A DNA stretch of 64,000 nucleotides, from positions 38,202 to 102,201 of the forward strand of contig PDIP01000085.1 of the NCBI GenBank assembly GCA_002811645.1. The letters are read 5' to 3'. The position numbers were made by a program, and so were the translations under genes. Below, one piece after another: positions 11,508-21,496 of the stretch. The notes below the pieces were generated by a model that was given only the letters and a program-made list of their open reading frames with translations, made no database searches and was not told the origin of the DNA. How positions within the stretch are numbered: position 1 is the stretch's first letter; every line of letters begins with the position of its first letter. This DNA comes from Corallochytrium limacisporum Hawaii (Eukaryota; Protista; Pluriformea).

Positions 11508-13670
11508 ATGAGCGGTATGTACGGCGGCGGAGGCCGTACAAGCCTGCCACCCAAAGGAGCGCCGGGCAGAGGATCTGGTCCCGGAGGTACTCGCAGGGGC
11601 ACGGTACAAAACGGCCAACCTACAGAGCAGCTCTCGCCTGCGGAAATGGAAAAGAAATTGGCGGAACACCGCTGGTTTATGATGGAATTTAGAACCCGCA
11701 TGTGTAAACAAGGTAGCAATTGCCCGACGCAGAAGCAATGCAGTTGGGCTCATGATAGTACACAATTGCGCCGTCGTGTGATCATGAACACAGCCGGAAA
11801 GTATAACTACAGTAGCGCAAGGTGTAAATATTACTTCAAAGGCGAGGGCCACTGTGCCTTCGGTGAACAGTGTAGCAATGCACACAATGACTCGGAGATT
11901 GTCTACCATCCTGAAATTTACAAGACAAGGCGATGTCAACATGATATTGTAGATGGGTATTGCAAATACTTTGGAAGACATTGTTCTAAAGCGCATGGCG
12001 ACTCAGACGTCCGTGAGCCTCACACAAACTTCCCAAGCGAAGCTGGCGATCAGGACCCGAAACGAGCAGCCATGGCACAGAAAGAGCAACAGCTAGCACA
12101 GGAACAAGCACACCAACAGAAAAATGGAGCGACATCAAGTTCCACAGAGGGTCCAGGCTCAATAGCGCCCCCTCCCGTAGGCACCACACACAACAAACCG
12201 TCCATGGCAGGGCCTGGTCCCATCAAAGCAGGGCCTTTGCCCCCTGGTCTTAGTTATGCAGAACGCGTTGCTGCCCAGGCAGCGGCAAAGGCTGTTAGTA
12301 GTCAGCCGCTCACTGGCGCCGCAGCGGCAGCAGAGGGCACTGCTCCGCAGTCATTCTGCGCTGCCATTGAGCGGCCACCGTCTGCAACCCGGTCGCTGAC
12401 CCGCGAGGACAGCGACCAATCAAGTAGACAAAGCCATCCAGGAAGCCGGTCCACCAGCCGAGCTCCTGGTGGACCGTCCATGCTCGGACCGTCCTCCGGA
12501 GGCAGTGACAATGGCGAAGCCATAGGTATGGAAACCCCGTCTTCTTCTGCGCCTGCCGGTGCCTTTGACTACCGTAGTGCGCTCCTGGCCGGTTCGTCAA
12601 GTCATCAACAAAGCGGTGCAGGAGCATCAGCATCAACACAACCACAGGCCGCTTCCGGCGGTGGATCTGACATGCAAGGCTCCACCTCTCCACCACACAG
12701 TCCTCCTCTGAGTGCCAGCAGCTCCACCGCTGCCGTACTCAGCGACACGAGCGGCGCGGATGCGTACCGCATGCAGAATCTGCAACAGAATATTATGGCC
12801 ATTTCACAGTCCACTGGCCCCGCGTCCAGCTCAACTCGCAACGGCCGCAGTGGATCCGTGGCCTCTAACTCGAGCACCACCAGCGGCGGCCAGACGACTG
12901 CCATTGGTAGTGGCAGTGGCCAGCCGACTCACCAGCAGGCTGCTGCCCAGGCTGCGGCCCAGGCTGCCTGGGGCAATGCCGGCGTGAACGGCGGTCCATC
13001 CGGGGCCAGCAAGCGCCCCGGTATGAACGGTGGCGTGGTCGGCCATGGAGGTATGCCTGATACTTCCATGATGTTTGGAGGAGGCCCAGGCCCAGGTAGT
13101 GCCGCCCCCGGTAGTGCCGCCCCCGGTAGTGGGGATGGCTTTGGCCGCAGCGGCGCGTCCTACTTTGAGCAGGGTAATGCCCGCGGCTCCCGCCTGGACT
13201 CTGGTCATCTCTTTAGCGTTTTCCAGCGCCCTGGTGGCGGCATGCGATCCAGTGGCGGTCTGAGCGGTGGCCTCCTTGACGACGACGACGACCGGGGCCA
13301 CCGTGGTTCCATACCGGCGACATCAGCGCAGCAACAACAGGCACAAGCGCAGTTCAACTCGCAGCTTGCGGCTGCCCAGGAACGGGCTGCAGCATTGGAG
13401 CGTGAAGTGCGCATGCTGCGCAGCTGCAGTGCCTGTGGTATGCGCGACAAGCGCTATGCCACAGTGTGCGGCCATTTGTTCTGTGAGAACTGTGCTGGAA
13501 CTATGATGAACACACCGGAACACACGCCGCAGTGCAGTCTATGTGGTGCTGCCGTGCACCGCAACGAAATCTTTGCGGTGGAACTGACGCCAAGTCTACG
13601 GCGGGTGCCTTACGGCTACGCACCCGACAACTTTAGGGCCTCATACTATGAGCCATCCAATCGTGTTTGA
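11508..13670 (+). CDS. UNK: Unkempt-like RNA-binding protein: three CCCH zinc fingers, low-complexity linker, coiled coil, C-terminal C3HC4 RING
   Basis: Zinc fingers EFRTRMC..C..C..H, YSSARC..C..C..H and YHPEIYKTRRC..C..HC..AHG; RING CSAC..CGHLFCENC..CSLC. The first ATG is at 11508; the track start at 11487 is a TTG. Confidence 0.85.
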   Translation: MSGMYGGGGRTSLPPKGAPGRGSGPGGTRRGTVQNGQPTEQLSPAEMEKKLAEHRWFMMEFRTRMCKQGSNCPTQKQCSWAHDSTQLRRRVIMNTAGKYNYSSARCKYYFKGEGHCAFGEQCSNAHNDSEIVYHPEIYKTRRCQHDIVDGYCKYFGRHCSKAHGDSDVREPHTNFPSEAGDQDPKRAAMAQKEQQLAQEQAHQQKNGATSSSTEGPGSIAPPPVGTTHNKPSMAGPGPIKAGPLPPGLSYAERVAAQAAAKAVSSQPLTGAAAAAEGTAPQSFCAAIERPPSATRSLTREDSDQSSRQSHPGSRSTSRAPGGPSMLGPSSGGSDNGEAIGMETPSSSAPAGAFDYRSALLAGSSSHQQSGAGASASTQPQAASGGGSDMQGSTSPPHSPPLSASSSTAAVLSDTSGADAYRMQNLQQNIMAISQSTGPASSSTRNGRSGSVASNSSTTSGGQTTAIGSGSGQPTHQQAAAQAAAQAAWGNAGVNGGPSGASKRPGMNGGVVGHGGMPDTSMMFGGGPGPGSAAPGSAAPGSGDGFGRSGASYFEQGNARGSRLDSGHLFSVFQRPGGGMRSSGGLSGGLLDDDDDRGHRGSIPATSAQQQQAQAQFNSQLAAAQERAAALEREVRMLRSCSACGMRDKRYATVCGHLFCENCAGTMMNTPEHTPQCSLCGAAVHRNEIFAVELTPSLRRVPYGYAPDNFRASYYEPSNRV

Positions 13671-14012
13671 TTGAGAATAGTTTCCCAAGTTTTATTGCTT
13701 TAACAATTGTCCTGTTAGGTTTGACGGGCAGAATACTCTTGTTGTGTGGGGGTAAGCTTTGCCAAACAAACCTGTCAAAAGCGAACTTGTTGACCCTTTT
13801 ATAATCATCTCATTTTATCTTTTATGATTTACACCAACTTAGTGTGTTAGAAAGTGTTCCATCGTCCATTGCCCATGAACCCACTTTCCCTGCTCGCGAA
13901 ATGATCCACGAAATATATAGCTAGAAAGCCAAGAGGGTAGTCAACTTACCATAACAATGATCCAGTCCATTTCCTTGTCGTTTAGTTCTTATTGCTCTGT
14001 TCTGCTGTTTTA

Positions 14013-15257
14013 TTACAATTTAGTGCCGAGGTCGGCCAGCTCGTGATCATCGTATAGCTGCTGGAGCTCATTGTGCCACCCAGCGCCCTTGCAAATCTCC
14101 ATGACCGCTTCGTCACACTGGGTGATGAGACTAATGTCACGATAGTTCCGCGGATTCGTGCGGGATTGGAAATCTCCGACCATCTCCAGATTGATTAAAA
14201 CCCGCGGAACCATGCGGTCTACCATGGTGGGTAACATGCACACGGGAGCCACGGCAAGTGACGTGCCCATGACAATCACTAGATCAGCTTCATCAACGTC
14301 CCGGTCGACATTGTTGAAGAAGCGTTCCGGCAGAGACTCCCCGAAGAAAACAATGTCCGGCTTCAACACGCCTTCCTCTTTACACTCGTTGCACCGAGGA
14401 ATCTCTCCAGACAGGACCCGATCACGAATGTCCTTAAGTTCGACTTTGCAGCGGCATTTGCGGGTCTGGCAAGTGGCGGTGGCAAAAGATCCGTGCGCCT
14501 CAATCACTCGGTCACCAGGTACTCCGGCCTCCCGTTCTAGTGTATCAATGTTTTGTGTGTAAGCGCGCAGCAATAATCCCCGGTCATGAAGCATACGGAT
14601 GAAAAAGTGGCCAAGCGTTGGCTTGAACTTGCCGGGCATCAATTCCTTGGAAAGTAGGAAAAATGGGCTCGGGTCGGTGTTGAAAAAGTCCATGGTAAAT
14701 ATTGCCTCCGGATACGGAAGATTGTACTTTTCCAAGTTGTCGTAGAGACCAGTGCCAGGAGTGCGGAAATCCGGAATGCCCGCACTGACCGACAGCCCAG
14801 CCCCACTCACCACAAGGATGCGTTTGAATTTCTCTTCAGCGAGCAACTTGCCCAGACCGACTGCATCGGGGATGTCGACTTTGGAAAACTCTGGTTCTTT
14901 GGGGATGGAGTCTTGCTTTTCTTTCTCCTTCTGTTCACTCACTTTCTTCTGGATTGCTTCTGCCTTATTCTTATCAACGTCCTTCATCGATAGTTTAGCC
15001 AGGGCCTCAGTCGCCTCATCCTCATCCTTTGTGGCTTCCTCCTTGTTGGGCGGGTTCTTAGGAGTGGTTATCACAAAGTCATTGCCCCACACCTCTCGAC
15101 GCATGTCGTGTGTCCGCTCTTCCTGACTTTTCAGTCTGCCCAACTTCGATGCCGTGCCTTTGACAATATCTGATATGTTCTCAATCATGTCTGACATTTG
15201 AAAAGACCCAGGCTGGACCTCGTCGGGATCGCCCCAGTCATGTGCCGCTCCACTCAT
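14013..15257 (-). CDS. SIRT2: Class I sirtuin, NAD-dependent deacetylase (SIRT2/Hst2-like) with a charged N-terminal extension
   Basis: Motifs GAGLSVSAGIPDFRTPGTGLY, YTQNIDTLE, EAHGSF, Zn-binding Cys pairs, KPDIVFFGE and GTSLAVAP. Likely ATG at 15257 (gacATG); the upstream part of the track ORF looks non-coding. Confidence 0.92.
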   Translation of the reverse strand: MSGAAHDWGDPDEVQPGSFQMSDMIENISDIVKGTASKLGRLKSQEERTHDMRREVWGNDFVITTPKNPPNKEEATKDEDEATEALAKLSMKDVDKNKAEAIQKKVSEQKEKEKQDSIPKEPEFSKVDIPDAVGLGKLLAEEKFKRILVVSGAGLSVSAGIPDFRTPGTGLYDNLEKYNLPYPEAIFTMDFFNTDPSPFFLLSKELMPGKFKPTLGHFFIRMLHDRGLLLRAYTQNIDTLEREAGVPGDRVIEAHGSFATATCQTRKCRCKVELKDIRDRVLSGEIPRCNECKEEGVLKPDIVFFGESLPERFFNNVDRDVDEADLVIVMGTSLAVAPVCMLPTMVDRMVPRVLINLEMVGDFQSRTNPRNYRDISLITQCDEAVMEICKGAGWHNELQQLYDDHELADLGTKL

Positions 15258-16010
15258 GTCGCTCTGTTCTTTTCTGTTCGATGCGTATGGACGACCCCGT
15301 TTGTTGTAGACACTTAATGTAACTAGAGCGTTATTATAATTTCTTCCAAATGTTTCTGTTCGAACAGTGGCTCCGTTCCTCACTAACCGGGCCAGTCTAT
15401 GCATCTGAATTCTGGAGTGGAACTGTGAGTGCCACTGTGGACTCCGTAAATGGAGCGGTATGTTTTCTCCTTTGCACTCATCTACCCTCACATTTAAACG
15501 AAGTCCTTGTTGGCCGATAATGCACGTCAAGTAACTGGCACTGAGGTCTAAGAACCCATGACACATTGTTTGGAAAGCTCGCCGCCGAGTGCAATATTCT
15601 GGCACCCCTGAGGGAACCCGGACCCGCTGGAGAGAGACCTCCTGGTCCGGCGAGGGAGCCTGGAGGGGCGGCACCCCGATAGGGAGGGAGGGGGTTCTTG
15701 CTTCGTTAAGCCTCTGGCTGCAACTGAATTCCCCGGTGCTAATCTCTACATAGTGAAGCAACTGGCTGGCCCCACTTCCAGAACTTTCACGGATTTTGGC
15801 CACGTTTTGAATATTTATTTATCCGTATATTACTTTGACATTTTTTATAGCTATCTATCTTATGTACTTATTTAATATACGCTATCCGTATACATATACC
15901 AAGCAAATCTCCGTTCGGAGCGGGCCTCCTCAAAAATCCACTCCACCAGTACTATATGTATTTATTTTTCTACCTGCCCTTTCAGCAAGCAATCACAGCA
16001 AGCTTTACCT

Positions 16011-16110
16011 GCCTCCTTAGCTCAGTTGGTTAGAGCGTGGTGCTAATAACTATAGCATACTAAAGTGTAGAGATACGCCAAGGTCACAGGTTCGATCCCT
16101 GTAGGGGGCA
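16011..16110 (+). tRNA. tRNA-Ile(AAT) with a 26-nt intron (16049-16074)
   Basis: Acceptor stem GCCTCCT/AGGGGGC, D arm GCTC..GAGC, anticodon arm TGGTG-CT-AAT-A^A-CGCCA and T loop GGTTCGATCCC, followed by a downstream oligo-T terminator. Confidence 0.93.
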
Positions 16111-16230
16111 TAGAGCTTAGATTTCTTGCCTTTCTTTTTTTTTTTCTTCTTTTAAGTGAGGAGGACTCTCTCTCTCTCTCTCTCGCTCTTTGTGAGCAGC
16201 CTTGTAACTCACTGTGTTGTAAACGCGCGG

Positions 16231-16335
16231 GCCTCCTTAGCTCAGTTGGTTAGAGCGTGGTGCTAATAAAAAACCATAGCACACTAAAAGTGTAGAGATA
16301 CGCCAAGGTCACAGGTTCGACCCCTGTAGGGGGCA
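16231..16335 (+). tRNA. tRNA-Ile(AAT), second copy, with a 31-nt intron (16269-16299)
   Basis: Exons match the first copy except for one T-loop base (TTCGACC); the intron differs by indels and substitutions. Confidence 0.9.
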
Positions 16336-16705
16336 GGCAAGCACACTACACAACAGCCGAGGAACAAGGGGTCGTCTGTTTCGGGACGGGGAGGGATTTC
16401 CCTTTTTTTTTTGCCCCTCCAGCAGCAGTACTATCTGTATGGGTTTACCGCGTACTGTGTGGTACACCCTTCGTTTGGAGGGGTTCGTCTCCACAGCTTG
16501 AGCGGCAATGGGGCTCCCCGGCAGGGGCGCGCCCAAGTGTACGTCTCCGTTCCACGACGCATGTGAACGGAGAGCGCTTCGGGTTTGAAACCGCCGCAAT
16601 GTTTTCGATGGTTCGCAAAGGTACAAGGAAATCGAGGGTGCAGAGAACGTCAGATACGATTGACTATGATTAAACGGGCCCAGAGGGTTTCATCAGGAGG
16701 GAAAA

Positions 16706-17575
16706 ATGGCTACTGTACGAAGTGCTCTATCAACACTGCAGCGGCTCTTTAACATCCGCGCTGCCCAGGCATGGGACAACGTTGGTGTGCTGTTGGAACC
16801 GACAGCAGCCGATAGTATTCCACTAAAGAATGTATTTCTAACTATTGATCTTACAGAACGGACCTTAAAGGAAGCACTGGATAAGGATTGTAATGTGATT
16901 ATTGCTTATCATCCGCCGCTGTTTGCCTCTTTCAAGCGCCTGACACAAACGACTGCAAAGGAGCGGATGGCCATCTCGTGCATTGAGAACAAAGTAGCCG
17001 TCATCTCGCCGCACACGATTCTGGATACGGATGGAGACAGTATCACAGACTGGCTAGCCCGCAGCTGTACGATGGACGGTAAGAATGGCCTAGCCTCCCT
17101 TGAACCGATTGAACCGATCCCTGCGGACCAGATTGAGGATGGCCCAGAGAACACCAAGCGCTTTGGGCTACGAAAAGGGTCGGGCATGGGCCGCATTGCG
17201 ACGCTAAGTAAACCAACTCCGATTGCAGACATCATACAGAGCCTGAAGACGAACCTCGGCGTACCCCATTGCCATGTAGCCTATCCGCACAAGACATCGC
17301 TGTTTCCGGAGAAGAAGAACGTTCAGTCACTGGCCTTTTGCTGCGGAAGCGGAGGCAGTGTGGTCAAAGGCTGCGATGTCGATGTCTACGTAACGGGCGA
17401 GATGGGGCACCACGACGTCTTGGAGGCGACGGCCCGTGGTGTGCACGTCCTGCTCTTCAATCACACCAACACGGAACGAGGATACCTCAAGTTCCTTGCC
17501 GCAGAAGTCCAGGAAGAGATCAAGAGTACCGTTATTATCTCTGAGACGGACGTGGACCCTCTTGAAACGATTTAG
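16706..17575 (+). CDS. NIF3L1: NIF3-like protein 1 (DUF34)
   Basis: Motifs AQAWDNVGVL, LTIDLT, IIAYHPPLF, SPHTILD, GMGRI, CCGSGGSV, TGEMGHHDVL, HTNTERGYL and a C-terminal DPL. Confidence 0.95.
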   Translation: MATVRSALSTLQRLFNIRAAQAWDNVGVLLEPTAADSIPLKNVFLTIDLTERTLKEALDKDCNVIIAYHPPLFASFKRLTQTTAKERMAISCIENKVAVISPHTILDTDGDSITDWLARSCTMDGKNGLASLEPIEPIPADQIEDGPENTKRFGLRKGSGMGRIATLSKPTPIADIIQSLKTNLGVPHCHVAYPHKTSLFPEKKNVQSLAFCCGSGGSVVKGCDVDVYVTGEMGHHDVLEATARGVHVLLFNHTNTERGYLKFLAAEVQEEIKSTVIISETDVDPLETI

Positions 17576-18083
17576 TTGACGGGAGTGAATAAAGAACATA
17601 GGTCAAACTGCAGCCTTGAACACAGTTGGATGTTATTTCATGCTAAGAAAATAGTTTTAATGGTTGATTGATTTTCGCTGATGATTCGTTTGATGCCACG
17701 GTCATCGCGCCGGAGACAGCAGCAGATACAACAGTCCTATTACAATGCTATATGCTAGTGATGCATTTTCCTTAGGATTGATATGCCAGAGCTTTGCTCG
17801 ATTTTTACGTTACTTGCAAACAGAACAAGCCAAGGACAACTCCAACACCATATCACTAATCGCTGCTCCCTTCACTGAGCTCCCATGCGGTGTCTAGTTG
17901 AGGATCCCAAAGAGCAGCTTAGGTATGGAGATGGATTGCAAGTTTGTGTCCCTTGATTCCAGATGCTTTCGGTTCAATCTGCGAGCCCCTTTTTGAAATG
18001 TGATATAAAAATGTAAAACATATGTAGAGAAAAGGAATGATATGCTTGTGGGTTTGTGGTTTGTTGTAAGAGACTGCAGGAAC

Positions 18084-18536
18084 TTACAGACGGCGACCAC
18101 GGCGACCACCTTTCTTGCGGGTGGAATCGGTGGGAATGGGAGTGACATCCTCAATGCGGCCAATCTTCATGCCGGCACGGGCCAAGGCACGGAGGGCGGA
18201 CTGGGCACCGGGTCCGGGGGTCTTGGTGCGAGAACCACCAGTGGCACGCAGCTTAATGTGCAGAGCGGTGACACCGAGCTCCTTGCAGCGGACAGCAACG
18301 TCCTGGGCAGCCAACATAGCAGCGTAGGGGGAGGCCTCGTCACGGTCAGCCTTGACCTTCATACCGCCAGTAACCCGAGAGATGGTTTCCCGTCCCGACA
18401 GATCTGTAACGTGCACAAAGGTATCGTTGAAAGAGGCAAAGATGTGGGCAACACCGAAAACGTTCTCGCCATCGCGAACAACGGGGCCGAGGGTGACCAC
18501 GGTCTCTTCCTTAGGGGCCTTCTTAGCCTTAGACAT
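18084..18536 (-). CDS. RPS14: 40S ribosomal protein S14 (uS11), intronless
   Basis: [25 protein letters not shown]...[18 protein letters not shown]; ATG at 18536 (aacATG). Confidence 0.98.
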   Translation of the reverse strand: MSKAKKAPKEETVVTLGPVVRDGENVFGVAHIFASFNDTFVHVTDLSGRETISRVTGGMKVKADRDEASPYAAMLAAQDVAVRCKELGVTALHIKLRATGGSRTKTPGPGAQSALRALARAGMKIGRIEDVTPIPTDSTRKKGGRRGRRL

Positions 18537-19395
18537 GTTTGATTGGATTCGATATAAACTTCTAATCCCGACAATGAATGTACCTGAATTCGCTATAACC
18601 GACAATGAATATTGAGTAGCTTGTTTCAAGTAACTGTCTACGATTTATAACCTTATAACTTATTGCTCAGTAAATATATGATACAGGCGGATTGCCTACG
18701 ATGTGGTCCTTGAGGCCCTTTATGCTCAGTAGTTTCCACAATAGCGAAAACCCACAGTACACCGCCAATGGCCCTTGAGAGCACCACACCAGAACCTCTT
18801 GGGTGGTGAGGAAAGAGACGGTCCGATCCATAGTAAAAGGCCTTGTGCCGTTGAGCAGACTTAGGTACTGCGTGGGCCAGGAGTGGACTGGAGGGTTCGC
18901 GAGGGACTGCGGTACATTCATTATGGACTTGACGCTTCTGGTCTCTTCCAGCAATACAATTACTATGATTGCCTTTCGAAGACCCAGTCTTGGTATGTTG
19001 ATCATAGAGAAACCTACGTAAATGCTTGAAGGGGAAAATTGGAGAAATTTTCTGAGTCCTTCGTGACCCCATCCTGAACCACAAAAAAGGCAACAGAAGT
19101 TTTGTGTGTGAAATTTATTTGTGTGTGTTTGGTAAGGGAAGGGAAGGGGGGCGGGGGTGTGTGTCGATGCGGCTGGGTCGCCACCCGAGGCGGGCCCCAG
19201 TGGGCGGAGCTGGGTCTGTCGCGAACCCGAGTACTCTGCAGGTGCCGCCATTCGTTTTCCAGAATGTATTTCTTGACATATTGGGGTGCATCACTCAACC
19301 TATAACAGGCCCTCAAAAACATAGACAGATTTGATTCGAGAAATCCTCAAACCTATGTCATATTACTTCTGAAAGAGACACATGCTTCCGGGACT

Positions 19396-19680
19396 ATGAA
19401 GGTTAAGATTGAGTTTAGCGGCGGGGCTGAGCTGTTGTTTGACAACAAAACAGAACACGAAGTGGAGATCGAAAAGGGCAAAACTTTGAAAGATCTCATC
19501 CAGTATCTGGCGCGGAATATGCTGAGAGAAAAGCCAGAGCTTTTCATTCAAGGGGACACTGTACGCCCGGGCATTCTTGTCCTCGTCAACGATACTGACT
19601 GGGAGCTCCTGGACACGCTCGAGTATCAGATCCAGGAAAATGATACAATAGCATTCATTTCCACTCTCCACGGTGGTTAG
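19396..19680 (+). CDS. URM1: Ubiquitin-related modifier 1
   Basis: Motifs [27 protein letters not shown] and C-terminal FISTLHGG. Confidence 0.97.
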   Translation: MKVKIEFSGGAELLFDNKTEHEVEIEKGKTLKDLIQYLARNMLREKPELFIQGDTVRPGILVLVNDTDWELLDTLEYQIQENDTIAFISTLHGG

Positions 19681-19799
19681 ACCGACGAAACATGAGTTCT
19701 ATGAAAAAGTTCTCAAGTAGTTCCGTGGCTCTTCAATGCATAATTCACATCATAATGGTGCTCCATCACATATATACATACTATATGTCTGTACTAACA

Positions 19800-20096
19800 T
19801 CATGAATCTGTGGCGTGTTCAAGTTTAATGCTAGGGAAATAATCGTAGTCTGTAATATTTTCTAGCAGAGGTGTGACTTGCATGGCATTGTTCTGCAGGG
19901 TAACCATGTGATTGGCACTGTTTTGTAGTTGCTGTGCACTAGTTTTCACGCCCTTGTCCGTGCCTTCGAGTGCTCGACGCATGCTCTCCAATACAGAGCC
20001 GATGTCTCGTTCCACATTGCTCTTAAACCCGCGTTTCCGCCCTTTTCGAGGGCTCCTTGGAGTCGTGCGGGGACTCCGTGGAGACGGTTCGGCCAT
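19800..20096 (-). CDS. 98-aa coiled-coil protein, possibly BLOC-1 subunit 3 (BLOS3)-like
   Basis: Good Kozak context (aaaATGg) and a heptad pattern. The C-terminal ENITDYDYFPSIKL resembles the recalled BLOC1S3 ending (..LDIV....LLPDI+). Confidence 0.55.
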   Translation of the reverse strand: MAEPSPRSPRTTPRSPRKGRKRGFKSNVERDIGSVLESMRRALEGTDKGVKTSAQQLQNSANHMVTLQNNAMQVTPLLENITDYDYFPSIKLEHATDS

Positions 20097-20723
20097 TTTC
20101 TTTAAAGACTTTGTTGTGTATATGGTTTCCTTGTCTTCGACGTTGACATGTATAACAGCAGAACAAATACCACCAATTCGTTTGTCGTTTGCCCTATTCT
20201 AGGGTCCCTCGTCTGATCTCACACGCCCGTGTGGGTCCGTGTGTCTCTTCATGTTAACATTTCCTAATACCACTTCCACCAAAATATTTGTGATGTGTCT
20301 ATGCTATCTCTTTCTCTTTCTCTATCTGCAATTGGCGGCTGTTTACTGCTCTGAGAGGGTGGCAAGCGCAAACTCCGATCTGGGGCGGGGGCCAGAAGCC
20401 CCTGCAGCGATAAGGGCGAAGAGGGACACTTCCAGAGACGGAAGGAACCCCTCGAACCCAAACCCAACAATGCGGTGCGAGCTGTGGACGGGCTTCCACC
20501 TCGTTCGGATAGCCTGCAAAACGGCGCATCGGAACTCTTGCTGGAAGATTGCTTAGCAGCACAGGCCTACTCATCCAGCTCTGGAGACTTGCTTGCACGA
20601 GTGCGAGAAAGTAAAGGCCACGGGCATGCAGTCCCTTGGAGTATACGTACAACTCCATTAGACAGGATATTCATGTATGTATTTGGCTTAAATTCTTTAA
20701 CAATATTAGATGACTATGAGCAA

Positions 20724-20781
20724 GCGATCACTCTCATGTAAAGCAACATTTGTTGCGATCACTCTCATGTAAAGCAACATT
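20724..20781. repeat. 27-bp perfect direct repeat (GCGATCACTCTCATGTAAAGCAACATT x2, 4-bp spacer)
   Basis: Copies at 20724-20750 and 20755-20781. Confidence 0.9.
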
Positions 20782-20800
20782 GATGCCTGCAGTGGTGTTT

Positions 20801-21109
20801 TTACTCAAGACGGAAAATCTGCTTAAGACGCTCCGCGTCGACGTCTTCGTATGCGTGGCCAGTAACTGGTTCCTTTTGAACAATGGTAGATAATTTTGTG
20901 TCCGTCTCTTGTGATTTCTTGTATTCATTCACGTCACTGAGCCAAACATCTAGTCCAGGTGCAATGTCTGTGCTGGCCAACTTTTCATATAGACCGTATA
21001 CTCCCTTTTCCTCCAGCGGATTGGTTGTTGACACTCCTTGCCATTTGGGTAGTTCCTTCTTTAACACCAAGTATGTCTTGTCCTTGAGTACATCACCATC
21101 CGTTGCCAT
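20801..21109 (-). CDS. Hypothetical 102-aa protein
   Basis: ATG in strong context (aaaATGg), natural charged composition, located in a gene-dense block; no family recognised. Confidence 0.65.
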   Translation of the reverse strand: MATDGDVLKDKTYLVLKKELPKWQGVSTTNPLEEKGVYGLYEKLASTDIAPGLDVWLSDVNEYKKSQETDTKLSTIVQKEPVTGHAYEDVDAERLKQIFRLE

Positions 21110-21379
21110 TTTGTTTTTGTGTGTATGTTCACCGAACTTTGGTTGTTGTTTTGTGCCTATTTATTTTTCAGGACCGCTCATGTCCAATGCCGCTTCGTCA
21201 CAAAGTGCTCGTCTTCAATAGCTTGTCAACTTTGGCGCGCCTACGGGACCGCAACCCGGAGCGAAGAGGTTCGAAAGAAAACATCCCCATACCGATGGTA
21301 CCAGTACCAGACCCCTCCCATCCCCATACGATCTGTAGTTTATATACCTATTTTTCCGCCAATTACCTCGCAGAGCAAT

Positions 21380-21452
21380 GCCGAAATAGCTCAGTTGGGA
21401 GAGCGCAAGACTGAAGTTCTTGAGGTCCCGTGTTCGATCCACGGTTTCGGCA
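21380..21452 (+). tRNA. tRNA-Phe(GAA), intronless
   Basis: Acceptor stem GCCGAAA/TTTCGGC, anticodon arm CAAGA-CT-GAA-GT-TCTTG and T arm CCGTG-TTCGATC-CACGG, followed by long oligo-T. Confidence 0.97.
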
Positions 21453-21496
21453 GGTGCTCTGCTTTTTCTTTTTTTTTTTTCTTTTTTGCCAATTTC

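Noticed and set aside
15258-15803. 182-codon upstream extension of the sirtuin ORF
   Set aside because: GTG start, non-coding-like composition and overlap with the GC-rich promoter patch; ATG 15257 is preferred.
16011-21452. Functional translation cluster (tRNAs, NIF3L1, RPS14, URM1)
   Set aside because: Mixed orientations and unrelated genes are interspersed; this is compatible with an ordinary housekeeping-dense block.
21119-21496. N-terminal part of the 390-aa track ORF
   Set aside because: It reads through a promoter-like region, the tRNA-Phe gene and its poly-T (FFFFFF); not credible coding sequence.
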